Source of the DNA: Steroidobacteraceae bacterium
GTDB lineage: Bacteria; Pseudomonadota; Gammaproteobacteria; Steroidobacterales; Steroidobacteraceae
NCBI GenBank assembly: GCA_035503515.1
Contig: DATJTJ010000130.1
Location: 25,547-89,546, forward strand
DNA length: 64,000 nt
Direction of reading: 5' to 3'
Positions 30,951-39,944 of this stretch are shown piece after piece (position 1 is the first letter of the stretch; the number at the start of each line of letters is the position of its first letter). The notes beneath the pieces are model-generated. The model saw only the letters and a program-made list of their open reading frames with translations, did no database searches and was not told the origin of the DNA. A program made the translations under genes and the position numbers.

Positions 30951-32195
30951 CTACCAGCGAAACAGGCGGGCGACGAAGCCCTTCGGGAAGGTATTCGGTC
31001 CGGGCGGCAGTTCCACGAAGCCATCGGTGCCGGCCAGCGAGGTGAAATCACCGGAGCCGTTGGTCCCGCGCGGCACGGCCCAGTCCCGGCCCCAGTCGTC
31101 CACTTCGGTACATACGGGAATGAACTGCACGAACTTGGTCGTGGTGGTCACCGGGGCCGACAGCGGGATCCGGCGCACGGCGGCGCGGGTCTCCCCCATG
31201 GCGGACAACAGGGCCGGGATCACGTAGCGGCTGAGGCACACCTGCGTCGACACGGGGTTGCCGGGCAGCGCAAAAACCGCAGGCCCGGACTGCGCCACCC
31301 CGAACCACAGCGGCTTGCCCGGCCGCTGCGCCACCTTGTGGAACACCATGCGTACGCCCAGTTCGGTCAGCAGGCGCGGCACGAGGTCGAAGCGGCCCAT
31401 CGAGACCCCACCGCTGAGGATCAGCACATCATGGGTGTCCAGGTGCTGCTTCAGGCGGGCGCGCATCTGCTCCGGGTCGTCCCGGACATGGTCGTCGGCG
31501 ACCCGCTGGAAGCCGTGGCGGCGCAGGCCGGCGATAACGCCGTAGACGTTCGAGCGCCGGACCTGGTGCGGCAGGACCGCCTCGCCGGGCTCGATGAGCT
31601 CGTTACCGGTCGAAAGCACCGCCAGCATGGGTTGGGCGCTGACCCGGACCCGGGCCATCCCGGCACCGGCGGCGATCGCCACCTCCGGAGGGCTCAGGCG
31701 GGTGCCCGCTTCCAGCAACAGTGCTCCCTGCCGGGCGTCACTGCCGCGCCGGTGGATATTGTCCCAGGGCGCTACGCCCACATCGTCCCGGAGTCGGGCG
31801 ATACCGGCACTGACGGAAATGTCCTCCACCGGCACGACGCTGTCGCAGCCGGCGGGCAGCACCGCGCCGGTCATGGCCTCGATGCAGCCCGTGCGCCGGC
31901 TCAACGTGAGCTGCGGATCCCCGGCGGCCTGGACCGCTTCGATGGCGAAGCTGCGCTGGCCCTCGCGCACCGCGGCGCTGTCGAGGGCAATGCCGTCCAT
32001 GGCGACGCGGTCGAAGGGCGGCTGATCGCGTTCGCCGTAGATGTTCTCGCGCAGCACTGCGCCCGCGCACTGCACCAGCGGCAGCGACTCGATCGGCAGA
32101 CAGCTCAGGTTTTCGCCGATGAGCCGCTCCGCCTCGGCCGGTGCCAGGAATCCTGGGTCGGGGCTCGGCGTCTGCGCTGTTGCCGGTGGGGTCAC
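30951..32195 (-). CDS. moeA: Molybdopterin molybdenumtransferase
   Basis: PPFDRVAMDGIAL and SGGVSMGRFD. It abuts moaA with no gap. Confidence 0.9.
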   Translation of the reverse strand: MTPPATAQTPSPDPGFLAPAEAERLIGENLSCLPIESLPLVQCAGAVLRENIYGERDQPPFDRVAMDGIALDSAAVREGQRSFAIEAVQAAGDPQLTLSRRTGCIEAMTGAVLPAGCDSVVPVEDISVSAGIARLRDDVGVAPWDNIHRRGSDARQGALLLEAGTRLSPPEVAIAAGAGMARVRVSAQPMLAVLSTGNELIEPGEAVLPHQVRRSNVYGVIAGLRRHGFQRVADDHVRDDPEQMRARLKQHLDTHDVLILSGGVSMGRFDLVPRLLTELGVRMVFHKVAQRPGKPLWFGVAQSGPAVFALPGNPVSTQVCLSRYVIPALLSAMGETRAAVRRIPLSAPVTTTTKFVQFIPVCTEVDDWGRDWAVPRGTNGSGDFTSLAGTDGFVELPPGPNTFPKGFVARLFRW

Positions 32196-32232
32196 GAGTG
32201 GAATCGAGGGAGGCGCCGCCGCCAGGCAGCGT

Positions 32233-32628
32233 TCAGCTCTTGTGCTTGTCGTTGTAGGCGTGGATCTGATCGTTGAAACGTCCGGTCACGGCCTGCGCTT
32301 CATCCACCGCCGCATCGTTCTTCTGCGCCAGCACCTTGTCGAGCTCGGCCTTCTGGGCGTCCTTCTTGTCCTGGGCGAGATTCGGGTCGATCTTGGCGAC
32401 CTGCGCGTCATGCTCGCTCCTGAGGCAGTCGGTGTACTGCTTGATGAGATCGTTGTAGGCGCGCATCGCCTTCATGCCGGCGATCATCTCTTCCTTGGAG
32501 GCCGTGGTGCCATCCGGGATCTTGTCCGGCGCCTTGGGATAGGTGCAACCGGCGGCCGAGGCCTGCGCTGCGACGAGCGACGCGGCAACGGCCAGCGAGG
32601 TGGCCAGCACGGTGGAACGCAACTTCAT
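32233..32628 (-). CDS. Small exported Lys/Ala/Asp-rich helical protein, function unknown
   Basis: Start MKLRSTVLATSLAVAASLVAAQASA (signal peptide), residue 32 of track ORF 32233..32721. It ends 37 nt upstream of moeA. Confidence 0.5.
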   Translation of the reverse strand: MKLRSTVLATSLAVAASLVAAQASAAGCTYPKAPDKIPDGTTASKEEMIAGMKAMRAYNDLIKQYTDCLRSEHDAQVAKIDPNLAQDKKDAQKAELDKVLAQKNDAAVDEAQAVTGRFNDQIHAYNDKHKS

Positions 32629-32775
32629 ATAGAACCCCCAGTAATAATGTAAGAATTGGCCACATCCGGGTACCCAGGCCCGGACGCCCATATTAAGCGA
32701 TTTCGGCGGGGCGGGTCCCAATCCGGCCGGGAATTCGATAGCCTATGATCATGCCGGCATCCGCCCGCACCAAAA

Positions 32776-32852
32776 GCGCCCGTAGCTCAGTTGGATAGAG
32801 CATCAGGCTTCGAACCTGAGGGTCGGGAGTTCGAATCTCTCCGGGCGCGCCA
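32776..32852 (+). tRNA. tRNA-Arg, anticodon TCG (UCG)
   Basis: Hand-folded cloverleaf. Acceptor GCGCCCG/CGGGCGC, D stem GCTC/GAGC, anticodon stem TCAGG/CCTGA with loop CTTCGAA, T arm GGGAG-TTCGAAT-CTCTC, discriminator G and encoded CCA. The body is very similar to the E. coli Arg(ACG) tRNA. Confidence 0.85.
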
Positions 32853-32857
32853 CAGCG

Positions 32858-33892
32858 ATGAACACGTTCCAGGGACAGGCTGCCTTTTCGAACATTCCCC
32901 GATGGGTCAATCGCGGCCTGCGGCCGTTTCATTGGCAGCAGCTGGTCGTATGTCTGCCCACCATACCCCTGATTCTGGTGGGGGGCTCGCTGCTGCGCGC
33001 CCGGCTCGCGGCCAGCATTGCCGCCGGCGCCGCGATTTCAGTGGGTTTCGGGGCGTCCCGGGCTCTGTATGGACGCCGCTGGGGGGCCATGGCGGCCGCG
33101 ACCGTCTGCATGGCCGTCGCGGCGTTTGCAGGCTCCTGCGCAGGCGGCAGGCTGTGGATATTGCTGCTGTTTTCCGGTGCGACCGCGGCCGCCTGCGCGG
33201 TGCTGGCCCTCATTGACGATGATCTGTGGTGGGTCGTGCTGCAGTCGGTCATCGCATTGCTGGTCGCGGGGGCCTATCCGGGGAACCTGACCGAGGCAGC
33301 GGCACGCGCGGGCGTCATCTTTCTCGGCGGGGCGGCGCAGGTGGGGGTGGTCCTCGTGCTGACGACGCTGCTGCAGGTGGATCCCCTGCTGCCCCCCGCT
33401 GCGCCAAAGCCACCGCAGGCGCACGCGCGCCCCTGGCTTGCCGGGCTGCGCGCCGCGGTATGCATCGTGATTTCCCTGTATGCGGCGCGGGCGCTGCACT
33501 GGTCGAACAGCTACTGGGCGCCGATGACCGCGATGCTGGTCCTGAAACCGGGGCTGCGGGAAACGCAGGTGCGCGGGGTGGCCCGCTTTTCCGGCACCAT
33601 CCTCGGCTGCGTGCTGGCCACGCTGTTCGTCGACCTGACCCACGGCGCGCCGGGACCGCTGGTCGCGGCGCTGTCCATCACCGCCGCGCTGGCGTTCGCG
33701 TTGCAGAAGGCGAGTTATGTCTTCGTGACGGCCGGTATCACCGCCACCATCGTGCTGCTGATTTCGCTCAGTACCGGCATGGTGCTGGCCACGGCCGAGC
33801 ACCGCATCTTCGCAACGCTGCTCGGGGGTGTCGTGGCCATTGCGGTGGCCTTTGCCTTCCCCCCCACCCAGACGCCGGTCACTCCAGCCTGA
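32858..33892 (+). CDS. FUSC-family (fusaric-acid-resistance-like) integral membrane protein
   Basis: 344 aa and highly hydrophobic, about 10 TM segments. The ATG lies only 6 nt after the tRNA CCA end, so the real start may be further downstream. Confidence 0.6.
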   Translation: MNTFQGQAAFSNIPRWVNRGLRPFHWQQLVVCLPTIPLILVGGSLLRARLAASIAAGAAISVGFGASRALYGRRWGAMAAATVCMAVAAFAGSCAGGRLWILLLFSGATAAACAVLALIDDDLWWVVLQSVIALLVAGAYPGNLTEAAARAGVIFLGGAAQVGVVLVLTTLLQVDPLLPPAAPKPPQAHARPWLAGLRAAVCIVISLYAARALHWSNSYWAPMTAMLVLKPGLRETQVRGVARFSGTILGCVLATLFVDLTHGAPGPLVAALSITAALAFALQKASYVFVTAGITATIVLLISLSTGMVLATAEHRIFATLLGGVVAIAVAFAFPPTQTPVTPA

Positions 33893-34671
33893 AGCGGATC
33901 CGGAAGGCGTAGCAGGAATCCACGGCGGCGCCGTCCTGGGTGCTCGGCCGGTAGTGTCCCGATCCGGCCGCGGGGATCGACGCAGACCCGCACGATGGTC
34001 GTTCCGGTTTGTCCGAGGCGCCGCGCGGCAACCGGATAGAAGTCATCGGTGTTCGGGAAGCCGGCACCGGGACCGCCCGGGGTCACGACCGCGGGCGGCG
34101 CCGCAGGCGGCCTCCTGGTCTCCCCGTTTTGGGGAACCTGAAGCTCGTGCCCGGGATCTGCGTCGGGCGCTACGCGGATCTCCGGAACGACCGGCGGAAG
34201 GTCATGGAACGTTGGCCGTTTGAGAACCAGCGGATGCAGGGGCGGCGGCGGGGGATCCCGATGGGCTGTTTCCTGGATGAAGGAGACCTGGCTCTGGCTG
34301 GTGAGCGGGCGCGCGCCGTGCTGGCCAAGTCCCAGGGTGATCCCGTAGATCAGCAGCAGATGCACGCCGGCGATGGCCAGGAAGGCGAGGGTGCGTCGGG
34401 ACAGCTGCGGAAAGCCCTGGTGCGCACCGTCGAGCAGCGCGCGCACCCCGCCGCCGATGCCCGAGACGGCAACCTGCGGCATCGCGCAGTCGCGGGTGAT
34501 GACGCCAGTGGCCCACCAGCAGCCGACGGCGAGGCGCAGTCGCGCGAGGGTGTCCGCGCGGGTTGCCAGATCCGCCAGCCACTCCTCTTCCAGCCGCGCG
34601 GCGAGGGTGGGAAGGGTACTGCGGGCCGCCCGCAGGATCAACCGGTATGCCAGATCACCATGCGTTGTCAT
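33879..34671 (-). pseudogene. Membrane protein with a Pro-rich linker and TonB C-terminal domain, disrupted by an internal deletion/frameshift
   Basis: Frame A reads ...FPNTDDFYPVAARRLGQTGTTIVRVCVDPRGRI, then runs as nonsense into the antisense of the FUSC gene (to 33715). Frame B (track ORF 33879..34067) carries the expected domain end YRPSTQDGAAVDSCYAFRIRFRLE-stop. The roughly 25 residues normally between these blocks are missing. Confidence 0.5.
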
Positions 34672-34973
34672 GCTGGAACTCCTCGACCGAAGCTGGCGAA
34701 GACTCCGCTTGCACGGGCAAGTCCACTGGGTGTCAGACGGTACAGGCGGCGGCGCGGACGACCGACGTGAGCCGGATCGACGGCCTCCCAGCGGCTGACC
34801 AACCAGCAGGCCGTCTCCAGCCGCATCAGTATCGGATACAGCGTGCCGGAGGCCAGGTGCCCGCGTTTCTGTACATCGGCGCCGGCCAGTTCCCGGGTGG
34901 GATCCTCCAGAAACGCCTCCAGGACCCGCAGCGTCTGCAGGGACATCCGTACATCGCGAATCTGCCTACCCAT
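34668..34973 (-). CDS. PadR-family transcriptional regulator
   Basis: LQTLRVLEAFLEDP...SGTLYPILMRLETACWLVSRWE...RRRLYRLTPSG (winged helix). ATGA overlap with the downstream TonB-like gene. An alternative start is MSLQTL at 34946. Confidence 0.8.
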   Translation of the reverse strand: MGRQIRDVRMSLQTLRVLEAFLEDPTRELAGADVQKRGHLASGTLYPILMRLETACWLVSRWEAVDPAHVGRPRRRLYRLTPSGLARASGVFASFGRGVPA

Positions 34974-35063
34974 GATCGTAAGTCTACTTAGGGTCTGGAC
35001 GACGTGCAACTGTGATCGCGTTCCGGCCCGCTGCGTCATCCGTGACGCAAGCTGTGCGTTGCG

Positions 35064-35936
35064 ATGCCCATGAAACCCATTTCGTCCCTTGCTGCCGGTT
35101 GCCTGGTGATGTTGGGCTGCATGCTCTGCGGCCCTGCGAGCCGGGCCGATCCCGTATCCACCCTGCAGCTGCTGCGCGTCAGCGGCTGTGCCGGAGTCAT
35201 GCCGGCGCTGCGGCCCTTGCAACATAACGCGCGCCTCGACCGGGCCGCCCTGCTGTGGTCGGCGGGCGGCTCACCCCTGCGCGCGGCCATGGGCAGCGGC
35301 TACGAGACCGACTCGGCGGTAGGTCTGCGCCTGAGCGGTCCGGACGATGCGATCCTGCGCAGTCTGCGGCAGACGCGCTGCCGCGCGCTGGCGACGGAAT
35401 CGCTTCAGGACGTGGGCGTCTATCGCAGCGGCCGCCAGTACTGGATCGTCTTGGCGACGGCAGGGCCGCGCAAGCCGGTGCCGCACTCGCACCCGCCCCT
35501 GCCGCTGCAGACCGCCGGTGTGGCATCGCGCGTCCTCGAGGAAGTCAATGCCGTGCGCGCCCACGGCACGCGCTGTGGCGACCGCACGCTCGCACCGTCG
35601 CCGCCGCTGCGCATGTCGGCCATGCTCGCGAGCGTCGCCGCCGGACACGCCCTGGACATGGCGCAGCACGACTATTTCGAACACGTCGATCTGCGCGGTC
35701 AATCGCCCGCGGATCGCCTGCGCGCCACGGGGTACCGCGCATCGCTGGTCGGGGAAAACATCGCCTATGGCCCCGCGACCGCCGACGAAGTCGTGTCGGG
35801 ATGGCTGCACAGCGCCGGCCACTGCGAAAACATCATGGACCCACGGTTCGTGGAGATGGGCGTCGCCTATGCGCCAGGGCAGGGGACCCGCCGGGGCCTG
35901 TACTGGGACCAGGAGTTCGCGACCCCGGCGAAGTGA
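35064..35936 (+). CDS. Exported CAP/SCP/PR1-like (YkwD-type) protein with two tandem domains
   Basis: Signal/lipobox MLGCMLC. C-terminal domain has VLEEVNAVRAHG...HDYFEHVD...ENIAYG...GWLHSAGHCENIM. The N-terminal half is a degenerate copy. Confidence 0.75.
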   Translation: MPMKPISSLAAGCLVMLGCMLCGPASRADPVSTLQLLRVSGCAGVMPALRPLQHNARLDRAALLWSAGGSPLRAAMGSGYETDSAVGLRLSGPDDAILRSLRQTRCRALATESLQDVGVYRSGRQYWIVLATAGPRKPVPHSHPPLPLQTAGVASRVLEEVNAVRAHGTRCGDRTLAPSPPLRMSAMLASVAAGHALDMAQHDYFEHVDLRGQSPADRLRATGYRASLVGENIAYGPATADEVVSGWLHSAGHCENIMDPRFVEMGVAYAPGQGTRRGLYWDQEFATPAK

Positions 35937-35951
35937 CCCTCGGCCGGGTAC

Positions 35952-37457
35952 TCAGTAGCCGTATCGGATGCGCAGTTCACCGGCCCCTTGTGGGCCATGG
36001 TCCGGACGCGGCTGATCGCTCGAATAGCGCACCTCGGCATCGATGCTGAAGTTTGCGTTGAGCGGAAAGCTCGCGCGCACCTGGCCGATGCTGATGGCGA
36101 CCGGTGCCGAACTTACGAAGTTGATGGTGCTGTAGAGATTCGCGGCATACGCCGCCGCGGGGACTGCGACGTTCAGATCCGCGTGGTGATAGGTCAGCAT
36201 CCAGGTGATCCTGTGCGCGCCCAGCCAGCTCGCCTGGAGCGTCTCCAGTTTGCCATCGCTGTCCAGGCTGAAGCCCAGGGCCCGATCGAGGTTGCGCATG
36301 CCTCCCGGGTACTTGTAGTCGTTGTAGGCAAAGCCGTAGAAGTAATCGCCGAAGCCGAAGATCTGCTCGGTCGGAACGGTGTCCGTGAATTCAGCCGTGA
36401 TGCGCACCCGGGTGTCCCCGAAGGGGACCCACCCGGTGACACCGAACAGGTGGCTGGTCCCCGAATGCCAGAACGGATTGGAGTCTTCGTTCATCAGCTG
36501 CACGTAGGCGGACAGATCGATCGCGCCCAGCTTGCGGCTGTACTTGATGTCGAAGTCGCCCTGGTCATTGGTCTTGCTCGGGCTGGTGTCGCTGTTGCTG
36601 AGGTTGAAGTAATTGGCCGGATTGCAGGGATGACCGCGGCCGCAGGATTCGTCCATGCGCTCCAGACCGATATCCAGTCCCCGGAGCGGATTGAAGTTGA
36701 ACCGCAGGCCATCCACGAAGGTGTGTTTCGGGAGCAGGTCCCCGTCGAGTACGCCGAAGAAGAACTCGGCCTGCCATGGCCCCAGCCACGACAGCCACCG
36801 CGTCTTGAACGGGCTGGTGTCGATGCGCGAAATGCCGATCTGCGGAATCGGCACGGCATTGTTCGACATCGACAGCGCCGAGATCCATCCCGGACCCCAC
36901 CAGTGGGTCATTTCGCCGAGATACACGGCGGCACCGCCGATCTGCCTGGCGATATAGGTGCCGTCGAGCATCACCGTCTCGCTGTCGAAGTGATCGTGCG
37001 ACTTGATGCCGGCCGACAGCTGCACGAAAGTCGAAGTGCCGTTCCACGCCAGCGTTCCCTGCGTCTGCACGTTCTGACGTCCCAGGGCGTCGAATCCCCG
37101 CACGACTTCAGGTGCGTTCGTGCCATCGAAGTAGGCCGAAAAGCTCGAAGTGTCCTGCGTCATCTGGCCCGCCGCCTGCAGGCGGATGCGGTTGGCGGCA
37201 TCCACCACGTACCCCGGCTGGCTGTTCAGGACGCCGCTGGCGCTCAACCGGTCCAGGATCCGCGTCCATGGCACCGGCCATTGCGTCGTGAGATTGTCGA
37301 TGACTCCCGCATTGGCCAGCGTCTCGATGTCCGAACGCAGCTGCGCATCGCCGACTTCGGCCCAGGGCGCCGCGCGGGCGGTGCCAATGACCAGAGTCAG
37401 GACAAGGGCCATTGCGGGGCGCAGCAGCGCCCGCGCGGCATCACGGGTGACATTCAT
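35952..37457 (-). CDS. wzi: Capsule-assembly Wzi-family outer-membrane protein
   Basis: GDAQLRSDIETLANAGVI...QWPVPW and HWWGPGW...SPFKTRWLSWLGPWQAEFFFG closely parallel Klebsiella/E. coli Wzi motifs as I remember them. Confidence 0.8.
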   Translation of the reverse strand: MNVTRDAARALLRPAMALVLTLVIGTARAAPWAEVGDAQLRSDIETLANAGVIDNLTTQWPVPWTRILDRLSASGVLNSQPGYVVDAANRIRLQAAGQMTQDTSSFSAYFDGTNAPEVVRGFDALGRQNVQTQGTLAWNGTSTFVQLSAGIKSHDHFDSETVMLDGTYIARQIGGAAVYLGEMTHWWGPGWISALSMSNNAVPIPQIGISRIDTSPFKTRWLSWLGPWQAEFFFGVLDGDLLPKHTFVDGLRFNFNPLRGLDIGLERMDESCGRGHPCNPANYFNLSNSDTSPSKTNDQGDFDIKYSRKLGAIDLSAYVQLMNEDSNPFWHSGTSHLFGVTGWVPFGDTRVRITAEFTDTVPTEQIFGFGDYFYGFAYNDYKYPGGMRNLDRALGFSLDSDGKLETLQASWLGAHRITWMLTYHHADLNVAVPAAAYAANLYSTINFVSSAPVAISIGQVRASFPLNANFSIDAEVRYSSDQPRPDHGPQGAGELRIRYGY

Positions 37458-37527
37458 AGGGCTTTAACTTTACCGCACAAAGTATGGTTCTGGTGCATCG
37501 ATGCGCCCGGCAGCGGTGCGCACCGGC

Positions 37528-38979
37528 TCAAGCGTACCGGAAGAGTGCCTTGAAGCCGAAGTCCATGTGATGCTGGATGTGGCAGTGGAACAGCGACAGA
37601 CCCGGTTGGTCGGCCGTGAAATCCACCGCGACCCGGCCGTACATGGGAACGATGACCGTATCCTTGAGAATGCCGCCGGTGGGCTTGCCGTTCACGTCCG
37701 CCAGTTCGAACCGATGCCGATGCAGATGCAGCGGGTGGGCGTCGTCGGTGCGGTTCCTGAACAGCAGCCGGTAACGATGGCCCTGCTGCAGCACGAACTC
37801 ACGGTCGTGCGGATAGGCCTTGCCGTTGACCTTGTACAAATTGAAGGGCCGCGCGCCGCCGGGCTCCTTTTCGAAGACCATCTCGATGGTCTGCGCGGGT
37901 GGTTTCGCCGAGGGTGCCCGGCCGAAGACGGTGTAGTCCCAGTAGATACCGGGCTGCGGCGCCCACTGGGGCGGGCGGTGCTGCCCCGCGTATTCCACGA
38001 CCACACCGAGCCCACCCTGGCGGGTGGCGTCGTCGATGGCGCCCAGGATCCACACTCCCGGCTGGTTCATCTCGACGATGGCATCGATCCGTTCCCCCGG
38101 CCCGAGAGTGAGCACCTTCACCGGGCGCGGCGTGGGCACCGGATTGCCGTCCAGTGCCAGCACGTGAAATTCGTGACCGGGCAGCGCGATCGTACGGTTC
38201 TCCACCGCGCTCGCATTGAGCAGATGCATCAGCACGCGACTTCCGGGGCGCACCCGGATGGGTTCACCGGCGCGCAGCGCCTTGTCGTTGATGGAGTACA
38301 GCTGACTCATGACTTCCAGCCCGTTCGGGCGGGTGTCGAGCTTCGCGGGTTTCTCGGGCTGCGGACCCGGCGCGTCCTGGTCATCCATGTCCACGAACTG
38401 GTCGGTGTAGAAGTGCTCCCAGTCGCGCATGGCCAGGAACACTTCCTGATCGTAGCCGCCGGCATCCCGCCCGGACTCCACGACGATGAACCCGTACTGC
38501 CCGGTGTACGAACCGCGATGCAGGTCGCCCATCGCCATGGCGTGGGAGTGATACCAGCGGGTGCCCGCCGGTTGCGGCGTGAAGCGATAGCGTCGCCGCG
38601 CGCCGGGGGGGATCGGCGGCGTGCCTTCCTCCTCGGCGCCATCGAGCTGCGAGGGCAGGAACAGCCCATGCCAATGCACCAGCTCGGCCGCGTCCGAGTC
38701 GTTGATGACATCGACCGTGACCGGCTTGCCCTCGCGCATGCGCAGTACCGGCCCGGGCGAGGTACCGTTATAGCCCACGGTGCTGATGAAGCGGCTCGGG
38801 GCGACCTCCACCGCGATCGGTGCGATCCGCAACGTCACGTCCGCGGGCGGTGCATGCGGGCCGGGGTCGGATGCGCCCATGTCCATGGCACCCGCATGCC
38901 CGGCCTGCGCCCGTAGATCACCGGCGCCGGCCTGGCCCAGTGTCGCTGCAGCCAGTGTGACGAAATCGCGGCGTCTCAT
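37528..38979 (-). CDS. Multicopper oxidase, Tat-exported
   Basis: Twin-arginine MRRRDFVTLAAA. Copper motifs HWHG, WYHSH and HCHIQHHMDFG. Confidence 0.88.
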   Translation of the reverse strand: MRRRDFVTLAAATLGQAGAGDLRAQAGHAGAMDMGASDPGPHAPPADVTLRIAPIAVEVAPSRFISTVGYNGTSPGPVLRMREGKPVTVDVINDSDAAELVHWHGLFLPSQLDGAEEEGTPPIPPGARRRYRFTPQPAGTRWYHSHAMAMGDLHRGSYTGQYGFIVVESGRDAGGYDQEVFLAMRDWEHFYTDQFVDMDDQDAPGPQPEKPAKLDTRPNGLEVMSQLYSINDKALRAGEPIRVRPGSRVLMHLLNASAVENRTIALPGHEFHVLALDGNPVPTPRPVKVLTLGPGERIDAIVEMNQPGVWILGAIDDATRQGGLGVVVEYAGQHRPPQWAPQPGIYWDYTVFGRAPSAKPPAQTIEMVFEKEPGGARPFNLYKVNGKAYPHDREFVLQQGHRYRLLFRNRTDDAHPLHLHRHRFELADVNGKPTGGILKDTVIVPMYGRVAVDFTADQPGLSLFHCHIQHHMDFGFKALFRYA

Positions 38980-39132
38980 GTGCGGTGCAAGGCGTTGTCA
39001 GGTGAAAAATGGTGGCATGTCATGCCCGCCGGGACAAGCGGCTTGTGACCGGCCGGCGCAGGTCGAGGCACACCGTTGGCCGGGGCAACTCGCTACACTG
39101 GCGACGCAGGTTCCACGGCGAGGGCGGCGATC

Positions 39133-39939
39133 ATGCGAATCCGAGGCCCCTGGCGGCAAATCGTGCTCGTCACAACGGCGTTGTGCGGATGGCTGTGGGT
39201 CGATCACGCCCATTCGCAACAGGACTACGACGCCGTGGAGCAGGGCCCCGAGAAGGCGGAGTTCTACTGGTCGCGGCTGCGATATACCTCGGCGAACGAC
39301 TACGGCGGTGGTCGGGGATTCGGATTCGGCTACGGCGGCTTCTCGGGCTGGTCACGCGACTACCCCAAGGCCGACCGCCAGTTCCTCGAGGCCCTGAAAC
39401 GGCTCACCCGCATCCAGATGCGCTCGTACGAACAGGTGGTCGACCTCGACAGCGACAAGATCTACGACTATCCCTGGGTGTACGCCGTCCAGGTGGCCAA
39501 CTGGACCTTCACGGACGCCGAGGCCAAGCGCCTGCGCGAATATCTGCTCAAGGGCGGCTTCCTGATGGTCGATGACTTCCACGGTACCGAGGACTGGGAC
39601 CGCTTCATGGCGGGGATGCGGCAGGTGTTCCCGGATCGTCCGGTCGAGGATCTTCCCGACAGCGACGAGATCTTCCACGTGCTGTTCGATCTGTCGAACC
39701 GGTTCCAGATTCCGGGCGAGCAGTACGTGAACACCGGGCGCACCTACGAGAAGGACGGCTACGTGCCGAAATGGCGCGCGATCCGCGACGACAAGGGCCG
39801 CATCGTGGTCGCGATCTGCCACAACATGCATCTGGGCGATGCCTGGGAATGGGCCGACATCGCCGAGTATCCGGAGAATTTCTCCTCCATGGCGTTTCGC
39901 ATCGGCATCAACTACATCATCTACGGCATGACGCACTGA
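39133..39939 (+). CDS. DUF4159-like exported protein (first gene of the MoxR/vWA operon)
   Basis: Start MRIRGPWRQIVLVTTALCGWLW (signal-like). Also YPWVYAVQVANWTFTDAEAKRLREYLLKGGFLMVDDFHG and AFRIGINYIIYGMTH, as I remember them from DUF4159 proteins. Confidence 0.75.
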   Translation: MRIRGPWRQIVLVTTALCGWLWVDHAHSQQDYDAVEQGPEKAEFYWSRLRYTSANDYGGGRGFGFGYGGFSGWSRDYPKADRQFLEALKRLTRIQMRSYEQVVDLDSDKIYDYPWVYAVQVANWTFTDAEAKRLREYLLKGGFLMVDDFHGTEDWDRFMAGMRQVFPDRPVEDLPDSDEIFHVLFDLSNRFQIPGEQYVNTGRTYEKDGYVPKWRAIRDDKGRIVVAICHNMHLGDAWEWADIAEYPENFSSMAFRIGINYIIYGMTH

Positions 39940-39944
39940 CAGCG

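Noticed and set aside
29883-32276. 797-aa ORF on the plus strand
   Set aside because: It is antisense to moaA and moeA, which carry unmistakable motifs (CNFRCPYC, SGGVSMGRFD).
32629-32775. Moco riboswitch upstream of the small exported gene and Moco operon
   Set aside because: The reverse-strand sequence lacks the conserved Moco-motif blocks I remember. Only a generic CCGGG/CCCGG hairpin is present. This needs a covariance-model scan to be definitive.
32853-38979. Possible genomic island inserted at the tRNA-Arg 3' end
   Set aside because: There is no integrase, no mobility gene and no obvious drop in G+C. I could not find a direct repeat of the tRNA 3' end by eye. The decayed TonB-like gene alone is insufficient evidence. 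A proper repeat search would be needed.
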